Source: the human T2T-CHM13v2.0 reference genome, Homo sapiens
Assembly: GCF_009914755.1 (NCBI RefSeq)
Contig: NC_060932.1
Direction: 5' to 3' (one strand)
DNA: 64,000 bases
Shown: positions 12,117 to 26,962 of the stretch, piece after piece
How positions within the stretch are numbered: position 1 is the first letter of the stretch
Layout: every line of letters begins with the position of its first letter
Translations under genes and position numbers: made by a program
The notes under the pieces: model-generated
Databases searched by the model: none
What the model saw: the letters and a program-made list of their open reading frames with translations, nothing else
Told to the model about the DNA's origin: nothing

Positions 12117-14691
12117 TCCTCCACAGACATTTAGATACATATCACATACTGTTACAATTTTGTTTCAGCTATGAAGCATAACTTAGAAAACTCAAAAGAG
12201 AAAAAAAAATCTATGTTTTTTATGCATGGCACTACTCTTTTCATTGTTCTTTCTTACTGATATTACAAGATTTATTTTATCAAATTATTCTGTTTAGAGA
12301 ATTATCTTCAGGTATTTCTTAAGGCACATCTGCTAGTGACAAATTATTTTAATCTTTCTATCATTTAAAAGCTTAATTTCCCCTACATTTCTAAAGGATA
12401 TTTCACAGGATTTGGAATTCTATACTTAAAATTCTTAAAGGACTTGGAAAATGTTGTGGCACTTCCTCATGGTCTTCATAATTTTTGATGAGAAATTTTT
12501 TGTCATTTGGATAGTTTTTCCCTCCTTATAGATAAGGTGTTATTTTTTACTTTGCTATTTTTACAACTTTTTGTTGGTCTTTAGTTTTCAGAAATGTACT
12601 TATGATACATTTGTTTTTCTGTAGATTGTTTGGGCTACATTCCGTGTAGGGTTTTCTCAGCCTCTTAGGTCAATGTCTTTTGTCAAATTTGGTAATTTTC
12701 AGTTAGTATTTATTTGCATAATTTTTCATCCTTGCCCTCATTTTCCTCTCCTTCTGAGACTCTGATGACATGAGTGTTAAATATTTGTTATAGATGAACA
12801 TGTTCCTGATGTTCCATTCATTTATTCCTTTCAGAGTAATTTTTCTATGGTGTTTGGATTGGGTAATTTCTATTGTTCTATAATGAAGTTTACTAATTCT
12901 TTCTTCTGGCCTCTCCATCCTGCTATTGAGTCCTTCTGCTATGGACTGAATTGTGTCCTCCAACCCCAAATTTGTATGTTGCAACTTTAACCCCCAATGC
13001 TGTAGTATTTGCAGCTGAAGCCTTTAGGAGTTAATTAAATTTGGATGACTTCATCAGGTAGGACCTTTATGATGAGATTAGCACCCTTAGAAGAAAAGGA
13101 AAAGTAAGTGAGATTGATTTCCCACTCCCTGTTATGCAAATGAGAACAGGCCAGGTGAGCACACAGGGAGAGGTGGCCATCTGCAAGTCAGAAAGACAGC
13201 ACTCACCAAAACCTAACCATGCTGGCACCAACCTTGAACTTCCAGATTGCAGAATTATGAGAATACACATTTTTGTTGTTTAAGCCACTCAATATGTGGT
13301 AATTTATTTTGGCAGATTGAGCTAAACAAGGCACTTTCCATTGAGCTTTTAAAATTTTGTTTATTGTATTTTTCAGTTCTAAAATTTTCATATACATAAT
13401 GTGTATATATACATAAATATAATGTATATATATGTAATATAATTTATATATAATATATATATATTTCTTTGCTGTAACCTTCTATTTCCTTGCCAAGACT
13501 TTCTACTATTTTGTTTCAAGTATGTTTGTAGTTGCTTGTTGAAGCATTTTTATGATGACTACTTTAAAATCTCTGTCAGATAATTCTAACATCTCTGTCA
13601 TCTAGGTGATGGCATCTATTGATTTTCCCTTTTTTGTAAGTTGATATTTTCCTGGTTCTTGGTACAAGTGATTTTTAAAATTGAGAACTGGAAATTTGAG
13701 GTAGTATATTATGAAATTCTGAATCTTATTTAAACCCTCTATTTTAACTGGTTCCCTTTGACACTGCTTCAACAGTGAGAGCCTGGGAGTGCTGAATTGT
13801 TACTGTCAGGTGGGAGTAGAAGCCCAGTTTCACATTGGCCTCCACTGAATCCAGTGAGGGGGAGAGCTTCTCATTACTGTTGGGTGGAGGAGGAGTTCTG
13901 GCTTTCCTCTGGGCCTCTACTGATAACACCCAGGCTGAGGCAAGTACTTGTTACTGTTCCTCATGTAGTCTCCACTGAAATCACAGAGGGATGACCTTAA
14001 TACTAATGGCTAGTCATGAAAAACTTGACTCTCTGCTAGATATCCTCTGATACCACTTCAGTGGGGAGGAGAAGGGCCCTCTCCTGTTTTGATTTTCAGT
14101 TGGCTGGAAGTCCAGGCAACCTATGTAGTCTCTAATGACACCACAGGGAACATCTTGTTATGGCCCAACAGTGCTGGAAGTCCTAACTCCCTACTTGGCT
14201 TTCTTGGGCCTCGTGCTAGGAGAGTTGCTGGGGCACCTTGCAACAGTGTCATTAGCATGGGATTCTGTGTTTGCCCTTGGTTTTTGATGATGTGGGTGGG
14301 GAGTTGTCTGTATTTATTTTTATGATGTTTGGTTGAAATAGAGAATTTACAGTTTAAAAGTTTTTTTTTTTTTTGTATTTTTATGTTACCCCTTCCTGAT
14401 CCTTTGGCTAGAGAGAACAAGCTTTCGTTGAGGTTTTCCATTCCTCATACACTGTTTCTGGGACACTGGCTTTTCAGCTACCAGTTTGGGATATATGATG
14501 GAAACAGAAAACCTACAAAACTCACCACCATGTTGTTCCTTGCTGACATCCCTATCCAGTCTGCCTTCTTCTCTCCATCTTTTAGAGTCTTCTTATGTTT
14601 GTTTTATATATAATGTCTAGAGTTTTTAAATTGTGCTTAGTGGGAAGAATAGGGAAATTATATCTACTCTATCTTATGAGAAGTGGAAGTG
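12117..14691 (-). mobile_element. Old L1M ORF1 and 5' region, continuing from 1-1439
   Basis: ORF 12703..12984 has ORF1-like text (EGLNSRME..EERISKL..RTIEITQS). It ends in the typical old-L1 5' terminus 'tactctatctt..gaagtggaagt'. Confidence 0.75.
12937..13333 (+). mobile_element. MLT1A0-like MaLR solo LTR
   Basis: Runs 'tgctatggactgaattgtgtcc...' to 'gctaaacaaggca', with 5-bp TSD ccttc/ctttc. Confidence 0.85.
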
Positions 14692-14919
14692 ATGATAATC
14701 TTACATATCTCTAAATCTTCCCACCAGTATGGTTATGATCTCTTTCTCCTTCTCATCTCTTCTCCCAACTTTGTTAATAAAAAACGTTTGCTGATCAAAT
14801 TACCATCTTTTGATTCAATTCGATTAATTATTTAACATACTCTATTTCCCGTAGGCATAAACAACTTTCCTACCTAAGACAACTGTGTTTAGTGAGGAGT
14901 ACATTCATCTAATAACTAA

Positions 14920-15249
<330 letters not shown>

Positions 15250-16240
15250 ATAACTAACACTCTTTATGGCTGTATTCCATGGTTCTTGGCATTTCACTAT
15301 CAAACTCAGGAAAATCCATAAAACTCTCTTGACTGATTGGGGTTGGGGTGGGGGATAAATGCAAGAGTCATGTATTATAATAAGCTTTGAAATATGAAGA
15401 TGGAAGCCACAATAGCAAAATTAAATAGAAAAAGTTGTTATAATTTCTGGTATACTTAGTATTAATGTTCTCTGGTTCTTTTGACATGATTGAAATATGT
15501 CAATAGGGACTATCCTCCATATTCATAGTCATCTCCTTATTGACAGACACAAGGAGACATGGTGAAGAATACAAAGTCATCCTTCATGCTTCTTCTTTTC
15601 CTAGAGTAGGTGACAGCTGAGCACTACTTAGAAGGAACATCGTAGCTAATTTTGACAAATTTCTCTGAAAGTTTATCTTGGAATTGAAAGCCATAGTATA
15701 ATAGCATCTTCATTTTCACTGTCTCCACCTCTCCTCCAAACCACATCACATTTCTTTGATAATGTAGAAAATGTTGGCTGATTCACAGAGTTTCCTACAA
15801 ATGACAGATTGCTTTCTGAGATACTATAATTCTGACAGAGAAATAATTACAGAGGATGCCTGAGTCTCTCATTTCTTCTCTTTCTCTCTGCTTTCCAAGT
15901 CAATAGACCAGAGAGCCTGTGTCCCTGGAGTCTGCAATGCAGAGGTCCTCACCTCATAGACTTTTAAGCCAAGATCAGAACTTCTATTTCTGAGTAGAAA
16001 TATCATGTCTTCACCACATGTGTTTCTGCACCTTTGTCTAAATAGAGTTTCAAATATTTGGTGAAGATGAGATTGTAAGCAAATTCCTGATGCTATCTTC
16101 AGTGTCTCTGAGAGGTAGAAAAATATATTTTTTTAATTTTTAAGTAAATATAAAATTATAAAATATAGAAATTTAAGTAAATTTTTTAAGTAAAGTATTT
16201 TTATATTTAAGCAAAAAATTGCTAAATGATTTCATTTTAA

Positions 16241-16528
<288 letters not shown>

Positions 16529-16529
16529 A

Positions 16530-17457
16530 AAAATTATTTTTTAAATCTATCATGGTTGATAAATATCTGTTTCTTTATGAATAAGGGTTTAGAAGCATTC
16601 CTCTTTTTATTTTTTTGCTTCACAATTCATTACCGGTAATATCGTATAATTTTTTTAGTAGTATAGACAAATTTTTATAAATCTCTATCAAGTTTCTTTC
16701 ATTTATGACTTACAATCATACTCATTGCTATTTGTAGTATTTGGATCATTTTGTATTTTACAATAATATGAATTTAGGTAAATTCTATTTTGCATAACTA
16801 CCATGCAAAAAATGTACGGTAGTTTTATAATTTTGTATGTTGCATTATTGAGTATATTTCGGTTTTGACTAGACATTGATAGGAACTGAGTTATCTGCTT
16901 GTCACGTTTCATTTATAATGATCGAATGAATTTTTATATAGACAAGTTTATGACTTAATATTTGTAAACCTTGTTTTTCCTCCATGAATCACAGAGTTTC
17001 TGTGCCAGGTATTGTAGTACATATTTATATCTTTTTGCATCATAGTGCTACTGTAATGATTGAGTCAGCAAAGTGTCCAGAGACAGAATCCCAGATGCTG
17101 TTTTTAATAGAATGGCTAGCGGTAAGTTAACTTCCATGGGAAATGATTATAAACAGCATCAGTGTATCCCAATCAACCCAAACTAAATGAACACCCAACT
17201 CAACTTTTTCTTAGCAGCACCCCACAAAATTCTCACCGTTATCAAAGAGAGTTCTTCCATTCTACCCATCATAACAGAAAGTGTGACAGAGAGAAACTCA
17301 CAACGGAAAGAGCCATCTGCCAACTTTCGCAAATTTTCAAACACAAATGACCTTGTGCACACATTTCCTGGGCTCCTGTCAGAACCTTGGAATGAGCTTA
17401 TACAAGTGAGGGGCCATGCAGCTTAAGCTTCATGAGTTTATAGTGAATCCATCTCTG
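16530..17457 (-). mobile_element. hAT-Tip100 DNA transposon (MER115/Zaphod-like); may extend left past the Alu
   Basis: The terminus 'gcttaagcttcatgagtttatagtgaatccatctctg' is the reverse complement of the recalled MER115/Zaphod start, with collinear internal similarity. Confidence 0.7.
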
Positions 17458-17464
17458 CCTTCAT

Positions 17465-17990
17465 CAAAGTTTATCATTTAACCATTTTTAAATGTTCAGT
17501 TCAGTGGAATTAAGTACATTCACATTGTTGTGCACCCATCACCATGACAGATGAATGGATAAAAAAATGTGGTACATAACTACAATGGAAATTTTTCAGT
17601 CTTAATTAAGGAAGGGAATTTCAACACATGCCACAATATGAATAAGAATCTTGACGACATTCTACTTAGTGAAATAAGGACATAAAAGGACATATTTTAA
17701 GTCATAAAAGGGCAAATATTGTGTACTTCCTCTTATTTCAGGTTCCTAGAGTAGTCAAATTTGTAGAAACAGAAAACAGAGTCATGGTTTTTAGGGCGGA
17801 AGAAAGGGCAGTGGGGAGTTAGTGTTTAATGGATATAGAGTTTCAGTTTGGGAAGATAAAAGGTTCTGGAGATAGATGTGATGATGGCTGCACAGCAATG
17901 TAAGTAGATTTAATGCCACAGTACTGAACACTTAAACGTGTAAAATGGGAATTTTGTTATATATATTTTACTACAATAAAAAGAATCAAA
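17465..17990 (+). mobile_element. L1MB 3' end (17546-17990, +) preceded by an inverted L1MB 3' fragment (17465-17545, -)
   Basis: L1MB 3'UTR text 'gtttaatggatatagagtttcagtttgggaagat'. Confidence 0.78.
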
Positions 17991-18019
17991 AACATTTACA
18001 AAAACCTAGTCAAATTGAG

Positions 18020-18150
18020 AGCAGTTATTATTAATATTGTCATTAACTTCTAAATAGATGAAAATGCTAAGCCACACAGAGGTTAAATATCTAGCACAAT
18101 ATTATATAATTAATGAGTAAAGGGACTAAGCTTCAGGCCCATATCTTCTG
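18020..18150 (-). mobile_element. MIR fragment
   Basis: 'agatgaaaatgctaagccacacagaggttaaat'. Confidence 0.6.
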
Positions 18151-18566
18151 ATCAAAAATCAGTTTTTCTTTCCAGAAATAAATACAAAACATTTTATAAA
18201 TCTACCCCAGGGCTCAGAATAATCCCAGGTTTATTATCTCTAAGGTCACTAAATGAGGCTGCTGATGGTTAGACGAAGAAAATCAAATCAATTTTCATGA
18301 ATAAGTAATATGTTTGTAAAGAAGTTGCTAATTGGTAAAATCCATAATCCTCAAAGGTAACTGTTAACGATTTGATGCATAGTATTTGTTTCTCATTAAA
18401 CTGTGTTGTTAGTTTTCTGGTATCTTAATAATGTTTGTTCTCAGTGTTGAAATCTGCAATTCTGGGTATCTCTTCCATCAATGCCAAAAGTACAAAAATA
18501 GAGGACTTGTCCTTGCATTTTTGCTGCTTTTCAACTTCATCTTATGCTTAAAATAGAACGCATTTA

Positions 18567-18569
<3 letters not shown>

Positions 18570-18608
<39 letters not shown>
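18570..18608. repeat. (TG)n microsatellite
   Basis: Direct reading. Confidence 0.97.
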
Positions 18609-18609
<1 letters not shown>

Positions 18610-19038
18610 CCGCGCATGTAAAGAGAGAGAGTGAAATGAGAGATCAGGAGTACACTGGATCAGTTTTGGTTGGAAAGTTTTCCTCACAACAATGTAGTCT
18701 TTTAGACTACACTCTACACTTGCCTAGAGGAATGTTGACAAATGTTCCCACCAGAAAAAATTTTAAAATAAGGAAACGGATTATCTTTCATTTATAAGGA
18801 AATACATTTTCTGAATTTAACTTTAAATTTATGTGTTATTAATCAGTGCTAGAACTATAAGGTGCTGAGTGAGTTACTGGGTGGGTCTCCACCATTTAAA
18901 TACCTGTGTGGAAAACTTTATGCTTTCATTTGATGGAGAACATGACACAACCTAAGGCAAAATATTCTAATTGGAATTTTAAAAATATCCTTACTAGGAA
19001 TTAAGTTTATACATCTATTGTAAAAATTACTAAATATT

Positions 19039-19132
19039 CCCAGAAGTTGGAGCTTGCAGTGAACCAAGATCACGCCACTGCACTCCAGCCTGGGAGAGAG
19101 CGCAAGACTCCGTCTCAAAAAAAAAAAAAAAA
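19039..19132 (+). mobile_element. Severely 5'-truncated AluY (last ~80 nt plus A-tail)
   Basis: 'ggagcttgcagtga' AluY diagnostic and perfect 17-bp TSD aaaaattactaaatatt at 19022-19038 and 19128-19144. Confidence 0.9.
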
Positions 19133-19552
19133 TTACTAAATATTTTTTCTTAATGCAGATATTAAATGGAGTATCATTGTTAGCCCTAATATTGTACAAC
19201 TTGATTAGGCAAAATAGACAAAAAGAAAACCAATTCAAGCCAAACCAGTTAGCAATATGGACATCACTTGGGAAACACTATCACTGAATACTTTAGGCTT
19301 ATCAGCTTTGAGAAATCTATTTAGTGTCCTTTTGGGATCTCAGCCTCAGTTCCTTAGACTAAATAGGTGTAGACTAGTGCCTGAAGGTCAGAAAGTTCTG
19401 AGGGTTAAGAAGGACTGAATCCTGATTTATTCAAATGTTGACACTCACAGTTACTCTTAAAGTCAGGAAATTTGTCATTTTCTCTCTTTAGACCAAGTTC
19501 CAAAGAGGCACTCAATATATGTTTGGAAGGAAAGAATAAGAACTTAACTGTA

Positions 19553-19931
<379 letters not shown>

Positions 19932-20288
19932 TCATGTAATCCGAAATAATAAACAAATAGAAGCAAATAGGTTGGAGGCATATGGGCATATGTAGAGACT
20001 TAGAACAAGTATTGGGTAAATTCAGGTTCAGAGAGAAAATCAAGCCACAGATGTACATTAGTTCCAGGTACTAACTTAATCATTGTAACTGGAGAGCATG
20101 TCGAGAATCCAGTTATTGAGAACCTTGTTACCAAGGTCAAAAACACTCAATATAAAAACTGCCCTTGAGGTTGAACTAGAGAGTTAATGCCACACTTAAG
20201 CATTATATATGTCCCTCATTTAGGGTGAAGGTTAATCCCAGAGTCTGGTTAGAAACTGGCTCTTTTGGCAGGATTTAAGTAATCATAT

Positions 20289-20764
20289 TGAGACAGGCAG
20301 GCTGGTTGGTTTCCTGTGTTAATATGGTCTGGAGGAAAAGGATAAAAGCCCCTCACTCAAGCTCTAACTTGTCGAACTCTCAACCAATCAGTAAGAAAAG
20401 ACCCAATGAGCTTTTAACTGCCAATTTCTATTTCAGGTGGCTATGGACTTTGCCAGAGACCCTGCATGCACAATTAGACTTGGAGATTTAAAATGCTAAT
20501 GCTACATATGAAAAAGCATGTTGAGCCACTGTGCCAGCACTAAAAAAAGCCCTTCTATACATGCCCTGATATAACCCTTCCCTACAGAAAGACCCTATAA
20601 AACTAACCCACACGCTATCCTCAGAGAGCAGCCCATTCCTTTTCCTTTTTCAGTGCTGGCTCCCTTGGGCATAAGCTAAATAAATTTTCTCTTCGATGCT
20701 GTACTTGGTAGGCTCTCTTGATTTCGATCCTGGGACACTGCAAGAACTCAGGGCACCAGTAACA
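20289..20764 (+). mobile_element. Solo ERV LTR, 476 bp, family not assigned
   Basis: TG...CA ends ('tgagacagg'...'ccagtaaca') with 4-bp TSD atat. Contains CCAAT, TATA 'tataaaa' at ~20596 and AATAAA at ~20679. Confidence 0.85.
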
Positions 20765-22204
20765 ATATTGAGGTTATAATTGTTATCATTGAGAGCCGGG
20801 TGAAAATTACAAAGGCCAGGGAAGGGAAAGGAACCCTTTCTTAAGTGATCAAAGTTCTTAAGTGATCTAAGTTGGTTGCAGTTTGGATTGTTATTTTTTA
20901 ATTTCCAGATTTTCAAGTGCGACTTGCTGCCTTCCAGGTTGCTTGTTTCAGAGTTTAGCTGACATAAGGGGGGAACTTTCCAGTTTTAGGGAGGCTTCTT
21001 TAGAGACTTAGAGAACATACTTGCCTAGGAAAAAATCTCCCAATAATAAAACTTAAAAAAATCGAAATTGTCTGGATGCCTATTTCCTTGAGTGACTCTT
21101 AATTTTCCCTGGCTTCTCTGGAGTGCTTACTTAGTTCTACTCCAAAGGCCCATTCTCACATATTCTAGCTTGTCTTTGCATGTTTTAACAGTTAACATAA
21201 GCCACTGAACTTGTGGGTATTTATCAAGATAAGGAACGTGAACATTTGGGGCTTTGCTCCTAAGTCCCTTCCACTCATTTTCTGGGCACTCATTTGGGCT
21301 GAACACACAAAGTACAGATTGGCTCTTGCAACAGAGATGCCAGGCTGATGCTGATAAAAGATTTACTGTAGTGTTTTAGAATAATGAAGTTTTGTTAGGG
21401 AATTATTATAGCCCTTCCCACTGGGATGCTATCATTTATAATCAACCGATAAACAAAAGTATTTAACTCTGTTCTCATTAATTGATTGAACAATTTACTT
21501 TCGGCTTTGTGCTCACACCTGCTCTTGATCAAAGCTGGTTCATATTCTGCTCTTGGCTATTGCATGATGCCACATTAATGGTTTATTGGTTCCACTGTGC
21601 CTATAACACAGCAGAGTTTATGATGTTTAATAAAATGACATGTCTAAACACTCTTTTGGCTTCGAATTGTCTTCTCATCAAATTAGTACCATCATGCGCG
21701 TTTTCCTTGTACTTCAACATTGCAAATTTCTGTAAAAGTCTGCATGCAGACTTTAAATATTTTAACCGTATTCTTGCAATATATGAGATGGCAAGAAGTA
21801 TTTTCTTGTTAATTGGAGTTCTTTGCTGTATGCTTCAGGCAGCTAGAGAACCCTAGTAGGATTCTCTTGGAAGGGAGAACCTAGGTGAATGGAGAAATTT
21901 TTAGGCATACTCTATATCTGCTCCTCCTTGGAATCAGGTACTTCTAGGAGAGAATAAAGAGCGTGTCACTCTAAGGAGTATGCTGAAGAAGATTATTTCT
22001 TTTTAAGAACAAGAAAGCCAGTAACCATAGGAAAGCACGAAGTGAACAGAAGTCCCATGGTAGTTGAGTCAGGTTGTAATATCTTCTCTTAGGGTTGTTA
22101 TTAGAAGTCACCTAAGAGGTGAGCATCTCAACTTTTCGGGTTTGTATTCTTTATCACTACACTCTTTGGTATCTAGTAATACTAATATTTATTGAAGTCT
22201 TTCT

Positions 22205-22735
<531 letters not shown>

Positions 22736-23289
22736 TATTGTCAGAATAAGATATATAATATGTAGATATTTTAACTCTGTTGTATGGCTAAAAGGCATGG
22801 TACCTGTTATGTAGAAGGAAGAATGATGGAAGGGCCTAATACATAGTAATGAAAGTTTCCTCGAGGACTGATTAGGCCAAATTAATTGTTCAGTACCTCC
22901 TGCCAATGAGGTCATTCCGTTAGGTTATGGGCCCAAATATTTAATTCTTAACCTTAGCAAGAAGCCCTGGAAATGAGAGAGAAAAGAGATTAGGTCATCA
23001 CCAGTGGAAACGAAAACTATCCAAAGCAGAGACTCTGCTAGTGAAAATCGCGTTCATGTACAAAGAACTTTATGATTTTTAACTGTAAGAATATAATGTC
23101 AAAATAAGCAAAACAAGAGAAGAGTAGATAATGTCAAGCACATACTTTTCCCTCTTTCTGGAGTGTTCTTAAATCCTGTTCTCCAAATGACTGACTCTTA
23201 TTTATCCGTAGCTTAAATGTCACTTCATCAAAGTGGTCTTATCTGACTTTCTTTTTAAAGTTTATCTCCCCTTTTCAGAACTTTCATTA

Positions 23290-23520
23290 GTCCACATGGT
23301 GCCTTTGGGCAAATTGGAAAAAAAGCAGCACTTCTTCAAGAGTCTTTACTTATATCTGTCAGAAAAAAATAATTTTAATATACCAATGTGTTTGAACAAG
23401 ACACTTTGCTGCCATCTGCCGGAAAATTTTTGCAATAAATATACAAATCTGCCATGTCCATAAAATAAGTGGCGCCTCCTAGGGTTGTGTTGTGCAAAAC
23501 ATGCATGATTGTAAAATGTG
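23290..23520. mobile_element. MER91-like hAT-Tip100 element within an L2 remnant (~23140-23745)
   Basis: 'gtggcgcctcctagggttgtgttgtgcaaaacatgca' resembles the MER91 end. The L2 3' end is 'gtgctcaaaatacatttgttaaataaatgaa'. Confidence 0.6.
23407..23422 (-). promoter_or_regulatory. CTCF core motif match
   Basis: Minus strand CCGGCAGATGGCAGCA fits CCRSYAGRKGGCR. Confidence 0.55.
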
Positions 23521-24273
23521 TAAAACATGCATGTAAAGGTTGCATTCCTGCAACCCTTAACCCTTTACCACGACATCCAGTTTGTTTCATCCACAGTATT
23601 TATGGCATGCTGAAATTATTTATTGCTTATTTATGTTTTATTCTTCCATGATTTTAGAAGCTCTAGCACTGCTATATCCTCAGTATCCAAAACTGGTATT
23701 TCGTTAAAGGTGCTCAAAATACATTTGTTAAATAAATGAACAAATGATGAAGTAAATGCTTATACCTATTTAATCTTTGGTCCAACTTATCCATTCATAT
23801 AGCTGAATACAGTGTAGAGCAGGAAATCTGATTTAAAGCCTGGTTGGCCATAGTAGTAAAAAGCATGGTGTCTTTTTTATGTAGTAGAAAATTAATAACC
23901 ATGTGTTGATGGAAATTAAAACCATTTTTCCAGGATTTGCAAGGATTATGAATCATATAAAACATGGGTCTTGCCATTATTAAATTAAAATCTAGTATGA
24001 ATGATCCCAACAGCTACTTAATTCTATTTGGTTCTCAGGATAAGAAAGGGATATTGAAGAATTATAATTATAAGAGTATTTTGAATTCTCACTTTGTTGA
24101 AAATTTGGTTTTGGAAGCCAAGAATCACACATAAAGTTTTGAGCTTACACTTTGTCCATGAACAAGCCTTCTCACTTTTTTGGGTCTCAGTTTATACCCT
24201 TATAAAATATTTTGATGAGAATTCTCAACTTTTTTGTTTCTTAAAAAAAAAAAAAATACCAAAACAGCCTCCT

Positions 24274-24590
24274 GGCCAGGTGTGGTGGCTTATGCTTGGA
24301 ATTCTAGCACGTTGACAGGCCAAAGCAGGAAGATTGCTTGAGGCCAGGAGTTCGAAACTAGCCTGGGCAACATGGTGAAACCACATCTCTACAAAAAATA
24401 TAAAAATTATCCAGGTGTGGTGGGGTGCACCTGTAGTCCTAGTACTCAGGAGGCTGATGTGGAAGGATTGCTTGAGGCGAGGAGTTTAAGGCTGCAGTGA
24501 GCTATGATCATGCCACTTCACTCCAGCCTTAGTGACAGAGCAAGACCTCATCTCAAACAAACAAACAAACAAAAATTAAAAACAACAAAA
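24274..24590 (+). mobile_element. AluJ
   Basis: Dimeric Alu with J diagnostics and a (CAAA)n tail. Confidence 0.9.
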
Positions 24591-24963
24591 ATCCTCCACA
24601 CACTACTGTGAATTGAGAAACCTGTTGAAGATTATCTCTCTAAGATCTCTTAGACCATAACAGTCTATGAATATGGTGTCTTGCTTTCAGGTTTTGCATC
24701 TATGAAAAGGAAAGTGATGCTGCATGTTTTTCCCTATATTGTTATGAATTTGGTAGATACATGCGGTGACATGCTAGTGCATGCCAAGCAAATCTTGAGC
24801 TTCTATGGCTAATTTAACTAACAGTAATTTTTAGTCATGATCTGTCAATTGTGTCAAATAAAAGTACTGGGCTCCTATTCCCTGCAACATTAATGAAATG
24901 ATCAACTCATGCTTCTATGAGTAAAAGATGGTTGTAAATTTATAACTTTAAGCATGAAATGCT

Positions 24964-25431
24964 ATATTAGTCAGGATCTATTCAGCAAACAGCATTCAGA
25001 GTATTTAAAACAGAAAGACCTAAATGCAGAGAATGGGTTATGTGGATGACAGAAGAGAGGAATTGAGAAACCAGCAACTGGAAGTAAAGCCACTCAGAAG
25101 GAAGAAAGTCAGAAAGAATAGAGACAGGAGGTAGCATTATTAGAGCCAAGAATCAGGAGGTCCCAGCAGAAGCTTAAAACCATAATGGAGATATAAGGTG
25201 GAAGTTGGAATGATGAAGGAAATGCAGTTGCTTCTAAACATACTTTCTGGAGGAGAAAGGGAAGGAGAGAAATAAACGGATATTCTCTTCTTTCCATCTT
25301 TCAATCTTCTACGAGGACCTCCTCCTGACTAAATACAGCTGGAAACAAGCCTTCTACATTCTTTGCAGTACAGGGCAGAGCAAGCAGACAAAACAATGGA
25401 TCTAAGGGCAAACAGGCCAGAGACTGGCACA
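24964..25431 (-). mobile_element. Old MaLR LTR (MLT1M/N-like)
   Basis: 'tatattagtcaggat...agggcaaacaggccagagactggcaca'. Confidence 0.6.
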
Positions 25432-26962
25432 AATATCTGTCATCTGTTATCTAATAAAGAAGAGTCCCACCATATAAGAAATTCATAGAGAATGAACTTT
25501 GTCTCAGATAAAGCACAATGTCTTTTTCTAAGTTATTTTATTTTGATAAAATAAAATCTGATACCAGAGCTAGATAGTTGAAATAAACCTTGATATATGA
25601 TCCATTTTGACTATTACAGTGATAAAAATTGCTGAATCCTTATACTTTCAGCTCAGTCAATTGCTACATGGCCAATCACTAAGAGGGTGAAAAATATGAA
25701 ATTGATCATGCCATAGTCAATTTATACCATCGGATAGACCTGATGTAAACGTGGATGAGTGCTAACAATCTAAGGAAAAAAGGATTCAAAACGACTTTGA
25801 AAATACTAGGATGAAATTCAATCATGAAAAATACAACACTGAACTGTGCACCCACAAAAAAATGAAGCCACAGTGGAAGTATTATAAAGAAAAAAATGTT
25901 ATTGAGATGGGGGAAGGGAGTGGCATTTGCCTAACAAGCAGAAAAATTAAATTAAAAGGCACTACATTAATTTATGAACTATCATCTCTTTGAATAAAAA
26001 TTAAAAATGGGTATTGAAAACAACAGGCTGGGAATAAATACACTCTGCCTTGGCTTCATCTTCAGCTGGTAGGATTGTACCCGGCTTTCGGGGTAAATTT
26101 CAACACCATTCTCCCATAGACTTTCTTTCTTCCCACTTGCAATTGAAAGTTGTCTTTCAGTGATTTATTTGTATTTATCTTATGACATTTATTTTATTAG
26201 ACCTTCCAATGATACTATTATAAGTTTGTAATCAGTTATGTATTGTATACTTCTTGAGTAAAGGGATTGTGGTAATTCATTTTGGCATCCATCAGAACAT
26301 TAGTATAGTAAGTTCTCCGTAAATTTTTGTTTAATTTTCTATAGGATTATATGTTCATTATTCATTTCTTCTATAAGTATTTAAACATTTACAGTTACTC
26401 CCCACACTGGAAGCACATATATGGTGCTTTGGAATAACTTTTAACTCTAGAACTCTTTAATAGTTTAGGCTGCTTTAGATTTATTTATATGATATTTAAT
26501 TAATTTATTTAAGTTTTTATTCAAATATAATACATTTACAAAGATAGGCTCAATTACAATTATTCAGCTTTCAGCTTGATGACTTTTCATAAACGGAGCA
26601 CAACTATAGGACCAGTACACATTTAAAATACCATGTTACCAGCACCACAGAAGCTATTTTCTCTCTTTTCCAGAGACTACCTTCTTGTCCCTGCCAAGGA
26701 TAGCCACAACCCTGACTTCTATAGTAGAGATTTAGTTTGATTGGCTTCTTTTGTTCAACAGTAAGTTTTTTTAAATTTTTCTGTGTAGGTACTTTTGCTG
26801 TAAATTATTCACATTCACAATACTACATAGTGTTAAATCATGTGACTATAATAACTTTTTAAATGATTTAATTGTTAATGAGAATTTTGGTAATTTCCAG
26901 TTTGGAATGATGACTAATACCGCTGTTGTGAACATTCTAGTAAATATGCACCTACATGTGTA

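Noticed and set aside
21482-21856. 124-aa ORF in unique DNA (also 53038..53421, 56949..57320)
   Set aside because: No domain or convincing splice context, and several start at non-ATG codons. This length is expected by chance.
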